Shown here: in pieces, positions 13,355-25,699 of the stretch
Layout: every line of letters starts with the position of its first letter
Numbering within the stretch: the first letter of the stretch is position 1
Source of the DNA: Takakia lepidozioides
Taxonomy: Eukaryota; Plantae; Bryophyta
Assembly (NCBI GenBank): GCA_030704615.1
Contig: CM060734.1
Span: forward strand, 24,428,001 to 24,492,000
DNA: 64,000 bases
Direction of reading: 5' to 3'
Program-made: the position numbers and the translations under genes
The notes under the pieces: model-generated
Told to the model about the DNA's origin: nothing
The model's database searches: none
The model's input: the letters and a program-made list of their open reading frames with translations, nothing else

Positions 13355-14943
13355 TGCGGGCCTAGTTGAACCTCATCCAAAGCGCATGGAGGCTTTACAG
13401 CAGCAGTTAGATGTGTACAGACTCAGAAAGGAGCAGACTCTCAGGGGTGCCACACAGGACTTGGTGGATAACCACCTTATGCAGGTATGGTTAGCACAAG
13501 GGCCGGTAGAAGGCAAAGCACCAAGGAAGCTCACCCAGGGTGAGATGAATGATCTCTGATTCTAGGTGCAAAACATTGCCACAACTACTATAGTCAATGT
13601 CTATAGTAGGATAGCGGAGCTACAGGAGGATGTGGAAGGCCTGCAGACTCAAGTGGATGACCTGAGTTCAAATATTGACAAGAGAGTCTTTGTTCCTGAG
13701 GAGCAGCTGATGGCTACTTATTTACATGCCAGGACTCTAATTTTTCAGTCTTCTTCGCAGGGGGTGCAGGAGATGCCAGTGGTAGAAGGGCCAGTAGTAC
13801 CAATACCACAGCAGGTGCCTGTGCAGGTAGCTGACCCTATTGCTACTATGGCAAAGCCACAACCTGAGGTTTGGGGGGATGCTGCTTTTAACCCACCTAG
13901 GACTCCTGTTGCACGGGAGTACAGTCGGGCTATAATTATGCCCTTCAACCAAATTCCCATTTGTGCTGGATTTGGCTTGGAAGGAATTTAGTCATCCGCA
14001 GTCGTTGGCACATTACTACCAGATCATGCGCATTTGGTTGCCAGTGGCAACTCGGACTAAGGTTCTTCCGAACAATCAACCCATTGAGGATCATCACTTT
14101 GCAAGGTACTGGTCTGAGGAAGGTACCATGCTGAAGGAATTAATTGTCTTCCAGGTTGTACATGGGTACATCTATACCAAGACCAAGGAGGTATCTAGTA
14201 TTGTCATGGGCTGTGGATTATACTATGCTGCTTGTTTTATGGCACGTTATCACATTGAGCAGCAGAAGATGCAATCACAATTTCTAAGTTATTCCAGTGG
14301 GGATCATTGGGTCTTACCTTCAGTACCACCTCATATGTACCTGTATGATACAAAAGTTATGATGCAGAAGGATTCCCAACTTTGTTCATGGTTTAATTCG
14401 GCTTGGAACAATTTGGCAACAGAGAAATTCGGCCCTGATGATATTTTCTTTAAGGGACATGAAGCCTGGAAATACTTACACTGTTCCAAAGTCATTGGCA
14501 CACCTCTCACCTATACGACTAAGGAGTTCAAGGCGTTCACTAATTTTGCTTGCAAGCGCTTACAGCAAGTCGTACAGTCTAAACTTCCAGACATGGTGGG
14601 CCCACATTGTATGCCACGCAGGATTCTGGAGAAGCCACTTAAAGTTCGGCCGTTAAAACACCTAAGGGGGGACGAGGATTCTGATACTACTGGTTCTTTA
14701 GAGGACTCTTTTGACATGGCAGAGGACTATGCACTTTAGATGGGAGAGAAGAAACGACGGGGATCTCCTATGCCTGAGAGGTTACCTCGTTATCAGCCAA
14801 AGGAGGGTCAAACATTTCCAAGTCGTGCTCAATCGCCTCCATCAGCCAGTGACAGGACTCGGGCTCGCACATGGAGTCCTTCACGAGACTCTCACCGACA
14901 GAAGGGTGCTTGCTCACAAAGGTTTGCTGATCCCAAACAGTAA
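13355..14943 (+). pseudogene. 3' part of a Gypsy extra ORF of unknown function (copy 1)
   Basis: Near-identical to the reverse complement of 22714-24090 (LVEPH.KRMEALQQQ..DHHFARYWSE..KFGPDDIFFKGHEAWKYLHC). Followed by a PPT and an LTR. Confidence 0.8.
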
Positions 14944-14964
14944 ACCGTGAGGACACGGCTTTTT

Positions 14965-14979
14965 GAGAGGGGGAAGGGG
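14965..14979 (+). promoter_or_regulatory. Polypurine tract
   Basis: GAGAGGGGGAAGGGG lies 3 nt before TGTTAG (14983). Confidence 0.75.
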
Positions 14980-14982
14980 TAA

Positions 14983-15875
14983 TGTTAGAGGGCTACTTGG
15001 GACTTAGACACTTTTACGGGTTCTGTGGGGTACCCTTAATTCTTGCGCAGACTTATGAATGGTAGACTGAGACCAACATGAGCCTTAGGGGTGGCAGGCG
15101 CAGGCTTTAGGGGGGGGTAGATAGCTTGTCACAGTCTATAACAGCCAGACACAGCCGAACACAGCTTCGCACAGCCAGTCACAGCCCGACACAGCTTTAC
15201 ACAGCCCGTCACAGTCTATCACAGCCAGACACAGTCTGACACAGCCCGACACAGCTTTACACAGCTAGTCACAGCTCGGCACAGCTTGACACAGCCTGTC
15301 ACAGTGTACATGGGGAACAGTTATCATTGACATGGAACGACTGCGTGGGAACGACATCTGCAGAGGGAACGTGTTACTTCAGGGGTGACGGTTAGTTAGT
15401 TAGGTGGTTAGAACAGCTTGCGAGTAGATTAGGCAGGGCGGCAACAGGAAGAGGATCATTTCTTGAGGAGGGCGACTTGTTTTGGAGAGGAGGAGACGTA
15501 ATGGAGAGCGGAAACAGTGAAGGGAGATAATGACTTGATTGAGGCTTATGCAAGCTGTAAAATTATATAGTAGGGTAGATTAGGGACACCATGGCATAGG
15601 CATGATACATGATTAATCTTAATCCGATACTGAATCGATACAAATATACTGTGTAGAGAGACATGAGTGAAGTTGTGGAATGAATGCATGATTAATTAGA
15701 ACTTTGAAGCAATCTGATGCTTCAGTAGACACGGTAAGGTAAATTGATAACATGAAGGCAAGAAGGAATACAAATAGGAAGCACAACCATGACTCACTAG
15801 CTGTAGGTCATGACTGATTGTTCTGAGCGAGCTGAGTGCTTAGAGATATCCAACTCTTCTATCTTGGAGTTTCTA
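14983..15875 (+). repeat. 3' LTR of the plus-strand Gypsy, split by the chromovirus (remainder probably 22667-22713, ending ..CTCGACA)
   Basis: Starts TG after the PPT. The 47 bp right of the chromovirus are not extra-ORF sequence and end in CA exactly where extra-ORF homology resumes. Confidence 0.6.
15121..15310. repeat. 10-bp tandem repeat (ACAGCYNNNC, ~19 copies) inside the LTR
   Basis: ACAGCCAGAC ACAGCCGAAC ACAGCTTCGC ACAGCCAGTC and so on, in perfect 10-bp register. Confidence 0.92.
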
Positions 15876-16603
15876 TGTCGCGCACCTCACTTCGGTAAGC
15901 TCCCCTTCAAGTCATAGTTACTCGCTTCGATGCGCGCGCCTGACTCCCAACCTGGCCGCCCGGGCCAACTTGGAGCTTCGGCTGCTCACCGGGACATAAT
16001 GGTCCCCCCTTCGATTCCCACTAAACCCTCCACCTATTTGGGCCTAGGAGAATTCCCTTTGGTAGATGGCAGTCCGGAACAGCTCCCCACTCTTTGGTCG
16101 CTTTCCGGCTCGCTCGCTTACTCACTAGTTTTTGGTCACCAACGGGCTTGCACCGTTCTCGGGGTCACTACTCCCCTTATATATACTTCTGTAGCTGTCC
16201 GCGGGGGTTTCATAACCAGCCATGCCATTTTATGGCGAACCACCACGAAAACCCTCGACTCCCGGTGATGAGTCGCGGTGAGTCTTGGCCCACTCACCAC
16301 GGCCCCTCTGGACCGTGATGAGTCCCAAGACTCCCACGACTCCCACCACGAGGTCTCCGCCCCCATGGTGAGTCCTATGCCACCCCCACTAAGTCCCGCT
16401 AAGCTACCACCACCCCTTGTGGAGCCACCCCCACCGCAACCCGGTGTGCGGGACTCCACCTAGTGAGCGCCTCCGCCTCCTTGAGTGCCTTGGGCACTCA
16501 AGGGTGCTTCAGCCCCCCATACCTATCGCTGCCGCTGCCCCCACCACAGGGGCAACCCCTCATGTGTCCCGACCCCCTGCCCTCAAGGCAAAGGGCCGCG
16601 ACA
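15876..16603 (-). repeat. 3' LTR of the chromovirus
   Basis: Matches 21942-22666 with only a handful of substitutions and short indels. Confidence 0.95.
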
Positions 16604-17505
16604 CACACCCCTACCAACAGGGAGTCGATGTCCTCATCGACCTGTCCATTTTGTAGAAACGAACATCCAAGTTGTGGCGTCCCACATCAAGGAGTTTGTT
16701 TCCGTACCATGGCGTCCCATGGCAAAGAACCAAACCCCACACTTGACTCTACTCTCCACTAGCTAGTTTGGCCGACTTCCTCCAAGTCCCGGCCAAGGGT
16801 GGAGCCTCTCCAGCTCCTCCCAGTGCACTCTTCTTGGCCTACTTCAAGGCCAAGGAACGATCCTCCCCGAGGATCGAATCGCCTTACTGCAACAACATTG
16901 CTTGCGATTGCTCATGATGCCGCTTTTGGCATCACCTTGAGCAAGGGTTCCCTGGAACCCTCTTTGACTAGGAAGATAACCTTGAACCAACCGTGCGCCC
17001 CAATCACTACAATTGGGTCCGCCTTGGAATGCTGGCCTGAGGTACGGGAACACGCCGAAGCCGCACTACGACTTCGTCCGAGGCTACACGATTATAGTAC
17101 GTGATCGGAAGCACGTAGCTTCCGCGTTAGCCCGCACTACAAGGCAACCCCCTCGGTAGCGCAGTATAGTACGCGCACGCACCAGGTGCGCACTAGCACG
17201 TGAACTCCCAAAGAAGGCGCAAGTTTCCTTGCCCCTCGGATGGGGGTCACCCAATTTTGGCACTATGCAAACACACGATTAATCCAATTTACCTCTCCCA
17301 CTTTTATAAGCTAGCATGCATTCTACACACTAGCCAACCATACCATGCATCACCATTCCAAACAAAATAGGACGCACAACATTTGGAATCCATTTCATTT
17401 ATAGCACGTTTTGTACAATACAAGTTTTTGCAATCGGATCCCTAAGCTAGCTAAGCCGGGCTAAGCATGCATTTCCTTCCCCACGCTCCAAGGTTGATGT
17501 CCCCA

Positions 17506-20500
17506 TCAACGCTTCTTCCGCTTTTGAGGTCGCCCTTCGAAAGCTGCGACCGCCTCGGATGCGTTTCCCATTTCTGAGGCACGCACCCAAGATGCCTCCA
17601 CATTATGATAGCCCTTCCATTTGACGAGATACTCCGTTTCTCGGTTCTTGAACCTCCTCGACTTAAGTATTGCCTCCACCTCGTACTCAGGTTTATTTTC
17701 ATGATCCAACAGCATAGGTGGCGGACGCAACACTTGATGCCGATTCGGACGCGCTTCATCTTTGAAGTAGGCTTCAAAAGGGAGACATGGAATACTGGGT
17801 GCACCTTGCTGTTTGCCGGCAGCTCCAATTCATACACATCCTCATTCATAACCTTCCGAATGCGAAAGGGTCCCGCATACGGAGGTACGAACTTTGGACT
17901 CACTTCCGGAGGTAGTCGGAAATTCTTGATGTTCAACCAGACCTCTGTGCCTGCCTCAAACTTCACTTCCCCCGCTTTCGATTCGCCTGCCTTTCATACC
18001 GTTTCCTAGCTTTGGCAATGTTGTACTTTGCGAGCTTCAACAAACGCTCGCGTTCTTCCAGTACCACCGCTACTGCCGGTTCCTCAACGTCCTGGGCCCA
18101 ACTTGTCGGCACCAAAGGTGCTTTTCCATAGACCACTACGAAAGGGGAAACTCCCGTTGCGGAGTGTTCTATGTTATTATAACAGAACTCTACCGCGTCT
18201 AAGTGTTCCACCCAGTCTGTTTGGTCTGCCGACACGTAATTCCGCAAGAACTGCTTCACTACGGAATTCACTCTTTCTGTTTGGCCGTCGGTCGTAGGTC
18301 GGAAGGCGGTGCTCATCTTCAGCCTCGTCCCCATCTTCTTCCAAAGTGCCCTCCAAAATTTACTCGTAAACTTTGGATCGTGGTCCGAGACAATATCCTT
18401 CGGGACTCCATGATGCTTTAAGACGTGGCGAAGTAAAGTCGCCCTGTCTCCTGCGCCGTTTGTCGTCTCCTTGGTGGGGATGAAATGGCCCATTTTACTG
18501 AACCTATCCACCACCACCATGATTGCATCGAATCCTTTTGACAGCGGCATAGCAGTCATGAAATCCATCGAGACGCTCTCCCAAGTCCCCTCTGGAATCG
18601 GCAAAGGTTGTAACAGCCCCGCTTGCTTTTTGTACTCGCTCCGGTTTTTGGCATGTGGTGCATGTCTTGACATACTCCTCTGCCTCCTCCCTCAGTTTGG
18701 GCCATAAATACTCTTCTTCAAGAGTGCCGCAGTGCGCTTGGCTCCGCCGTGGCCCGCAAGCGGGCTATCATGGCATTCTCTCAAGAGGCTATCTCTGATC
18801 CCTCCCTTCGGCACGTAGAGACGCTTTTGCTTATACCGGAGCAGTCCATTTTGCAAGTGGAACTGCAATTTAACCCCCATCCTTAAGTCCTGCATCATGG
18901 ACTTCGCCAGCTCATCCTTCTGACAAGCCTTCCGGATCTTCCTTTGGAGCATCGTCTCGCTCTTGTACACCAACAAGAGCTGCTGCTTTCTACTTAAAGC
19001 ATCGGCCACCACGTTGTCTCGTCCCGGTTTGTACTGGATATCCACGTCGAACACCGCCAAAGTATCTTGCCACCTAAGTGTTTTGGGGACAACTTGGGCT
19101 GCGTGGCAAAATACTTCACCGTGACATTGTCCGTGAACACCTTCACTGGGTTGGAACCAACATAGTGGCGCCAAAGCTCAAGCCAATGTACCACCGCCTT
19201 CATCTCTTTCTCGTGCGTCGGCCACCGTCGCTCCACTTCATTCAGTTTCTTACTTTCGTAAGCCACTGGGCGTCCATCTTGCATCAGTACACCCCCAATC
19301 GCGAAGTCCGACGCATCTGTGTGTATCTCGAACGGACGATCGAACTCCGGGATTTTCAAGACTGGAGCTTCCGCCATCCGCTGCTTCAATTCAGCAAAGC
19401 TTGGCCGCAAAAGGTGTTCCATGCCCAGAACTTTAGATTTACACAGAAGGTCTGACAGCGGCCCCGCAATCTTGGCGAAATTTCACATACTTCCGGTAAT
19501 AGGAGGCGAGTCCTAGGAAGGATCGCACTCCCGGGACCAAAGTCGGAGGCTCCCAGTCCAAGATCGCCCTCACCTTTCTGTCATCCATTTTGACCCCATC
19601 CTGTGTAATCACATGCCCCAGGAACTCCACTTTTGTGACCCCAAATTCGCACTTTGAAGCTTTGGCATACAGCTTCCCTTCCCGCAATTTTTGGAACACC
19701 CTTTTTAGGTGCTCCAGGTGCTCCTCCTTTGTTTTTGAGTACACCAGGATGTCGTCGATGTACACGATCACAAAGTCATCCAACCACTCCTGGAAAAGCT
19801 GTTCATCAGCGTGCTAAATGTCGCTGGTGCATTGGTCAGCCCAAAAGGCATCACCGAGAACTCATATGAACCATACATTGTCCTGCACGCGGTCTTCTCC
19901 TCATCTCCTTCCGCCACCCGAATTTGGTGATAGCCGAAGCGCAAGTCGATCCGGCTGAAATACTTCGCTCCTGCCAACCGATCGAAGAGGTCGTCGATCC
20001 TTGGCAAAGGGTACCGGTTTTTGATAGTCACCTTATTCAGAGCCCTGTAATCGATACACATCCGCAGCGTCCCATCCTTCTTGTCTGCAAATAGCATCGG
20101 GGCTCCGTAAGGTGACTTACTCGGCCGGATGTACCCCTTTGACATTAGATCCTTGAGCTGAGTCTTCAGCTCGACCAACTCTCTGTGGCTCAACCGGTAG
20201 GGGCCTTGGCAGGCGGTTCCGATCCCGGTATCACCTCAATTTGTGGTCAACTCCTCTTCGCGGTGGCAAGCCGCTTGGTAAATCCTCCGGCATCACATCC
20301 TGGTATTTCTCCAAAATCCCCTTGATCCAATCTGGGCTCGGCTCCCATCGCCTTCTCCTTCACTTCTCTAATGTAAAGCAAAAATTGGGGCTCGTGTGCC
20401 TCCTCCACGGCCCACTCCTTTGCTGACAGAAGGTTTATTCGCCCTCCCACGGATTTGGGCGTTTCCGACACTCGTAAAACCTCGCCACCATTCCCACATG

Positions 20501-21915
20501 GCAGCGTGACTACTCTCTTGCGGCCATCTATGACCGCTCTGGATTTGCTCAAAAAGGTCATCCCCAAAATGAGATCCACTCCATCGATCTCGCAGATGGT
20601 GAAGTTCTCACGTCCCTCCCAACTCCCCAGTTGAAGAGGAACATCAAACGCCAACCTTGTCGCCAACTGAGGTTCTCCTTTGGCAGAGCGCACCTCAATA
20701 GAGGCCCCCACGTCACTTGTCGGGAGTCCCAACTTTCGCGCCTCCGCCGCCGTCATGAAGGAGTGCGACGCTCCTGTGTCCACCAACAACGACACGTTAG
20801 TTCCGGATATTATCCCATCCACGAACAATAACTGACTCCCTTTACGCAGGGCGCCAGTTTCCTGATACAACTCACAAGAATAGTTGCCTACCTTGCAAGT
20901 CCTGGCGACCACCGCTTCCACCAAGCGACTGATGGTATCTTCCGACAGCTCCGTGGTTGCCCGAGTCATGTTCAATTGTCGAGGTTTTGTGCATTTCTTG
21001 GCCATGTGCCCGGGCTCCCCGCAATTGAAACACACTCCATCAAAGGTTGCCTTCTGTCTGCCATAAGCCGCTCCACCCGCTTTTCCTTTCGAAGCACCGG
21101 GTGCCGCCTTGACGTGTGAAGGCCCTCCCTTTGATTTCCACTTGCCATTGTCGCCGCGTGGCCTATCCCACTTCTTTCCGGTCGGAAGGAGTCACCTTCC
21201 CGCCGGGTCTTCTTGTGGTTCAGCTCCGTACGGCCTTGTCTCTCACCCCTAGGGACATCCGAGAAACATTCAGCCCTCTCAATTGCCTCGTTCAAAGTCT
21301 TGGGTGGCTTCTCCTCCAACTTCCGCCTGGCCCATGGGGCCAGTCCGCCAAAGTTGAAGACCATTTCTGGTTCTGCCATGTCCGCGACTTCGAGCAACAG
21401 CACATTGAAAGCTTGGACATACCCCCGAATGTCATCTGTTTGCTTCAAATTCCTCATCTTGTCCCGGGCAAGCCAGGATGCGTTGAGGGGCACAAACTGT
21501 CTCTTCATCAATTCCTTGAACCCACTCCAGTTCAAGGTTTCCGGGCTTGGGCCTCGGTCGTGAAGGCGTTTCTGCCACCATTGTTGAGCATAGCCCCTCA
21601 AATAGGTGGGAGCCACTTCCACCCGATCCTCGTCACTCAACACAAGCCAAAGCGAAAGCGGAACGGCCCAAAAGATGATGATCCTGGTGAGCCCGATGGG
21701 GCGACGTGTCACCAAAGCGGCATTTGAGGAAGCGACGCAGGGTTCTGAAAGCGAGGCCGCTCAAGAGCGGGAGGAATCCGAGGAGTCGAAGCCCGAGGAA
21801 TCCGTGAGAGCTCCGACCGACCAACAGATGCCTCCCATGCCGGCAGCCTTTTGGGAAGGGTTGTTGGCGCAGTTTGGCAACCCCATGATGAGGCCAATCC
21901 CAAGGACGATCGCAT
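17506..21915 (-). pseudogene. gag-pol: Chromovirus gag-pol (frameshifted): Gag, CCHC, protease, RT, RNase H, integrase, chromodomain
   Basis: YLRGYAQQWW (Gag); CFNCGEPGHMAKKC; LVDTGASHSF; [30 protein letters not shown]; IHTDASDFAIGGVL; ECHDSPLAGH..VSMDF..IVSDHDPKF..TDGQTERVN; VHPVFHVSLLKP; chromodomain YEVEAILKSR..EYLVKWKGY..ASW. Confidence 0.95.
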
Positions 21916-21927
21916 ACTGAACTCTAA

Positions 21928-21939
21928 GCTCTGATACCA
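21928..21939 (-). promoter_or_regulatory. Primer-binding site (tRNA-iMet)
   Basis: Minus strand reads TGGTATCAGAGC, 2 nt downstream of the 5' LTR. Confidence 0.95.
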
Positions 21940-21941
21940 AG

Positions 21942-22666
21942 TGTCGCGCACCTCACTTCTGTAAGCTCCCCTTCAAGTCATAGTTACTCGCTCTGATGCG
22001 CGCGCCTGACTCCCAACCTGGCCGCCCGGGCCAACTTGGAGCTTCGGCTGCTCACCGGGACATAACGGTCCCCCCTTCGATTCCCACTAAACCCTCCACC
22101 TATTTGGGCCTAGGAGAATTCCCTTTGGTAGATGGCAGTCCGGAAGCTCCCCACTCTTTGGTCGCTTTCCGGCTCGCTCGCTTACTCACTAGTTTTTGGT
22201 CACCAACGGGCTTGCACCGTTCTCGGGGTCACTACTCCCCTTATATATACTTCTGTAGCTGTCCGCGGGGGTTCATAACCAGCCATGCCATTTTATGGCG
22301 AACCACCACGAAAACCCTCGACTCCCGGTGATGAGTCGCGGTGAGTCTTGGCCCACTCACCACGGCCCCTCTGGACCGTGATGAGTCCCAAGACTCCCCA
22401 CGACTCCCACCACGAGGTCTCCGCCCCCATGGTGAGTCCTATGCCACCCCCACTAAGTCCCGCTAAGCTACCACCACCCCTTGTGGAGCCACCCCCACCG
22501 CAACCCGGTGTGCGGGACTCCACCTAGTGAGCGCCTCCGCCTCCTTGAGTGCCTTGGGCACTCAAGGGTGCTTCAGCCCCCCATACCTATCGCTGCCGCT
22601 GCCCCACCACAGGGGCAGCCCCTCATGTGTCCCGACCCCCTGCCCTCAAGGCAAAGGGCCGCGACA
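21942..22666 (-). repeat. 5' LTR of the chromovirus
   Basis: TG...CA termini, adjacent to the PBS. Confidence 0.95.
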
Positions 22667-22713
22667 TTCCACCTCGGATAGCGAAGGGATGGGTGAGTAA
22701 AAGTCACTCGACA

Positions 22714-25690
22714 GTCCTCTACCATGTCAAAAGATTCCCCTGAAGAACCAGTAGTATCAGAATCATCATCCCCCCTTAGGTGTTTTAATGGCCAAACTTT
22801 AAGTGGCTTCTCCAGAATCATGCGTGGCATACAATGTTGTCCCACCATGTCGGGAAGCTTAAACTGTACTACTTGTTGTAAGCGCGTGCAAGCGAAATGA
22901 GTGAACGCCCTGAACTTCTTAGCCGTATAGGTGAGAGGTGTGCCAATGACTTTGGAACAGTGTAAGTATTTCCAGGCTTCATGTCCCTTAAAAAAAATAT
23001 CATCAGGGCCGAATTTCTCTGTTGCCAAATTGTTCCAAGCCGAATTAAACCATGAACGAAGTTGGGAATCCTTCTGCATCATAACTTTTGCATCATACAG
23101 GTACATATGAGGTGGCACTGAAGGTAAGACCCAATGATCCCCCATGGAATAACTCAGAAATCGTGATTGCATCTTCTACTGCTCAATTTGATAACGTGCC
23201 ATAAAACAAACAGCATACTATAATCCACAACCCATGACAATACTAGATACTTCCTTGGTCTTGGTGTAGATGTACCCATGTACAACCTGGAAGACAATTA
23301 ATTCCTTCAGCATGGTGCCTGCCTCAGACCAGTACCGTGCAAAGTGATGATCCTCAATGGGCCGATTGTTCGGAAGAACCTTAGTCCGAGTTGCCACTGG
23401 CAACCAAATGCGCATGATCTGGTAGTAATGTGCCAACGACTGCGGAGGACTAAATTCCTTCCAAGCCAAATCCAGCACAATGGGAATTTGGTTGAAGGGC
23501 ATAATCATAGCCCGACTGTACTCCCGTGCAGCAGGAGTCGTAGGTGGGTTAAAAGCAGCATCCCCCCAAACCTCAGGTTGTGGCTTTGCCATAGTAGCAA
23601 CAGGGGCAGCTATCTGCACAGGCACTTGCTGTACAAGCTGTGGTATTGCCACCACTGGCCCTTCTACCACTGACAACTCCTGCACCTCCTGTGAAGAAGA
23701 CTAAAAAATCAAAGTCCTGGCATGCAGATAAGTAGCCACCAGCTGCTCTTCAGGAATAAAGACTCTCTTGTCAATATTTGAACTCAGGTCATCCACTTGA
23801 ATCTGCAGGCCTTCCACATCATCCTGTAACTCCGCTATCCTACTATAGACATTGTCTATAGTAGTTATGGCAATGTTCTGCACCTAGAATCAAAGATCAT
23901 TCATCTCACCCTGGGTGAGCTTCCTTGGTGCTTTACCTTCTATCGGCCCTTGTGCTAACCATACTTGCATAAGGTGATTATCCACCATGTCCTGTGTGGC
24001 ACCCCTGAGAGTCTGCTCCTCCTTGAGTCTGTATACATCTATCTGCTGCTGTAAAGCCTCCATGCGCTTCACATGAGGTTCAACCAGGGCCGCATAGGCA
24101 GCAATCAAATTATTGGCTTCCTTCCAAGCCTTGTTAGCCGCAGAGAGTTCATTCTTATGGACCATGAGTGTTTGCTGCAACTCCAGAATGTACCTCTCCT
24201 TCTCAGCCTCAACCTGACTGTACTGCCATCATACATCTCTCTCCTTGTCTGTTAACTTCTAACGCAGTTTGCTCTAGAGTAGTTGTTAGTGTGGCACATT
24301 GTATGGTCATTCTCTAATGAACTGCCTCCAACTCTGTATGTAGCACGTTCACTTTCTGCAACTTGCCATCATGCTTCACCTGCAATTGGTATAACTGTTG
24401 CTTATGTGCTTCATGCAACTTGTCCTGCTCGAGACCTGCTTCAATCAAATCTCCCTTAGCCAACTGCAAGGCAGCCTTTGTGTCCTCCAATTCTTTTTGC
24501 AACTTCAGGTTGGTCTCTTGATCTACCTTGTTTGCACACTCGGTGGCAATTCTAGCCTCAAACTCCTTCTTGAGTTCCTCCCTCAAAGCTGCCAATTGTG
24601 TAGATGGAACATGGGATTTCACATAAGTGCCTAACAAATTGAGTGTCTTGCTTATGGAACTCATAAGCATGGCGTGTTGTGGGTCATCATGGTGAACTTG
24701 TTGCTGTTCTCCCTGATCCTCCACAATGTGATGTTTCACCAACCATTCAGGCCATGTTCCCACCAGATCCTCTTCCTAAACGACCTCTTCCTCCACAGGT
24801 GTTGCAGTGCTCCTACACTCCACTCCTGGAACCTCCGCCACAAGTTTGGGTATTACACGCTCAGCAAGGATTTCCTCGGACAAACTCTGCACCTCTGGTG
24901 CCACTGGTTCCCTTACCAAGCCAAAGTTTTCATAGAGAAGATCACCCTTCTCAATTTCTGCCACAACCTGCTCTGTAATGGGAATGTCCAACCCTTTTCC
25001 ATCAAGAGTAATAGGCTCTGGTGTCACAGCATGTACTAACTGTGGAACCTCTGAGACAACTGAGTCAACTGGCTGTGGTACCAAAGTGACTTCTTCTTCT
25101 CTATCCCAAGGTCGTGCTTCCAATAATAACAGCCATTTGTGCTGTTGTGCCCCATCCTGCACAAGAGCTATGGAAACATCATCTTGCGGTTTCCTTGAAG
25201 CTAGTGGATCTGCCACTACCGTCATATTCCGCTTCTGTCTCTTGGACTGGTGTTGCCCCTCCAGTCCACCCTCACTATGTGAAGAGCCCTGCTCCTCCAT
25301 TGCAGTGGTTGCTTCCTCAAACACTCATATCTCCTTACATTCTTGCGCATCAAGTATGCAAGAGTCAAGAATAATTTGGGCAATGACTGGGCCAGACACA
25401 ATGATCTGAGACTTAGCAGCAGTGCCCTGTAACCTCTTCATCTCTTCCACCAGACCATTGTACATTAATTCTGCATCATCTCCCCTCAAAGCTTTTAGTA
25501 TCTCCTCTGTGAATGATCTGCTCAAATAATGTTGGTTCTGTTTCATGGCAAACAGAATGTTCAAGATTTGGCCAACTTCTCTGAGCCCTGGGTACTCGGC
25601 TTTGGTGCAAGCGTAACCTTGAGTCTTAAAGAAACTCCCTTCTTGGAACAAATTCCCTATATGCAATCTTGATGCTGTGGTGTGGCGTGA
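22714..25690 (-). pseudogene. Gypsy extra ORF downstream of integrase (~1000 codons; acidic region, coiled coil, globular C-terminal domain), copy 2
   Basis: ORFs 25666-25325, 25324-24776 and 24763-24314 share one frame. After one frameshift, 24180-23890, 23883-23701, 23685-23218 and 23172-22714 share another. Same strand as pol. Confidence 0.78.
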
Positions 25691-25699
25691 AATTGTGTG

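Larger units (their letters stand above)
15876..22666 (-). mobile_element. Full-length Ty3/Gypsy chromovirus (~6.8 kb), recent insertion
   Basis: Two ~725 bp LTRs with TGTCGCG...CGCGACA termini. PBS for tRNA-iMet, weak PPT next to 16603, and gag-PR-RT-RH-IN-chromodomain order. 5-bp flanks TTCTA/TTCCA (one mismatch). Confidence 0.96.

Noticed and set aside
15930-16766. Proline-rich ORFs in the LTRs (also 21996-22743)
   Set aside because: They are overlapping GC-rich frames, broken differently in the two LTRs, with no recognisable domain.
16620-17104. Antisense accessory ORF in the chromovirus 3' region
   Set aside because: Only short frames with no motif; it cannot be supported without sister copies.
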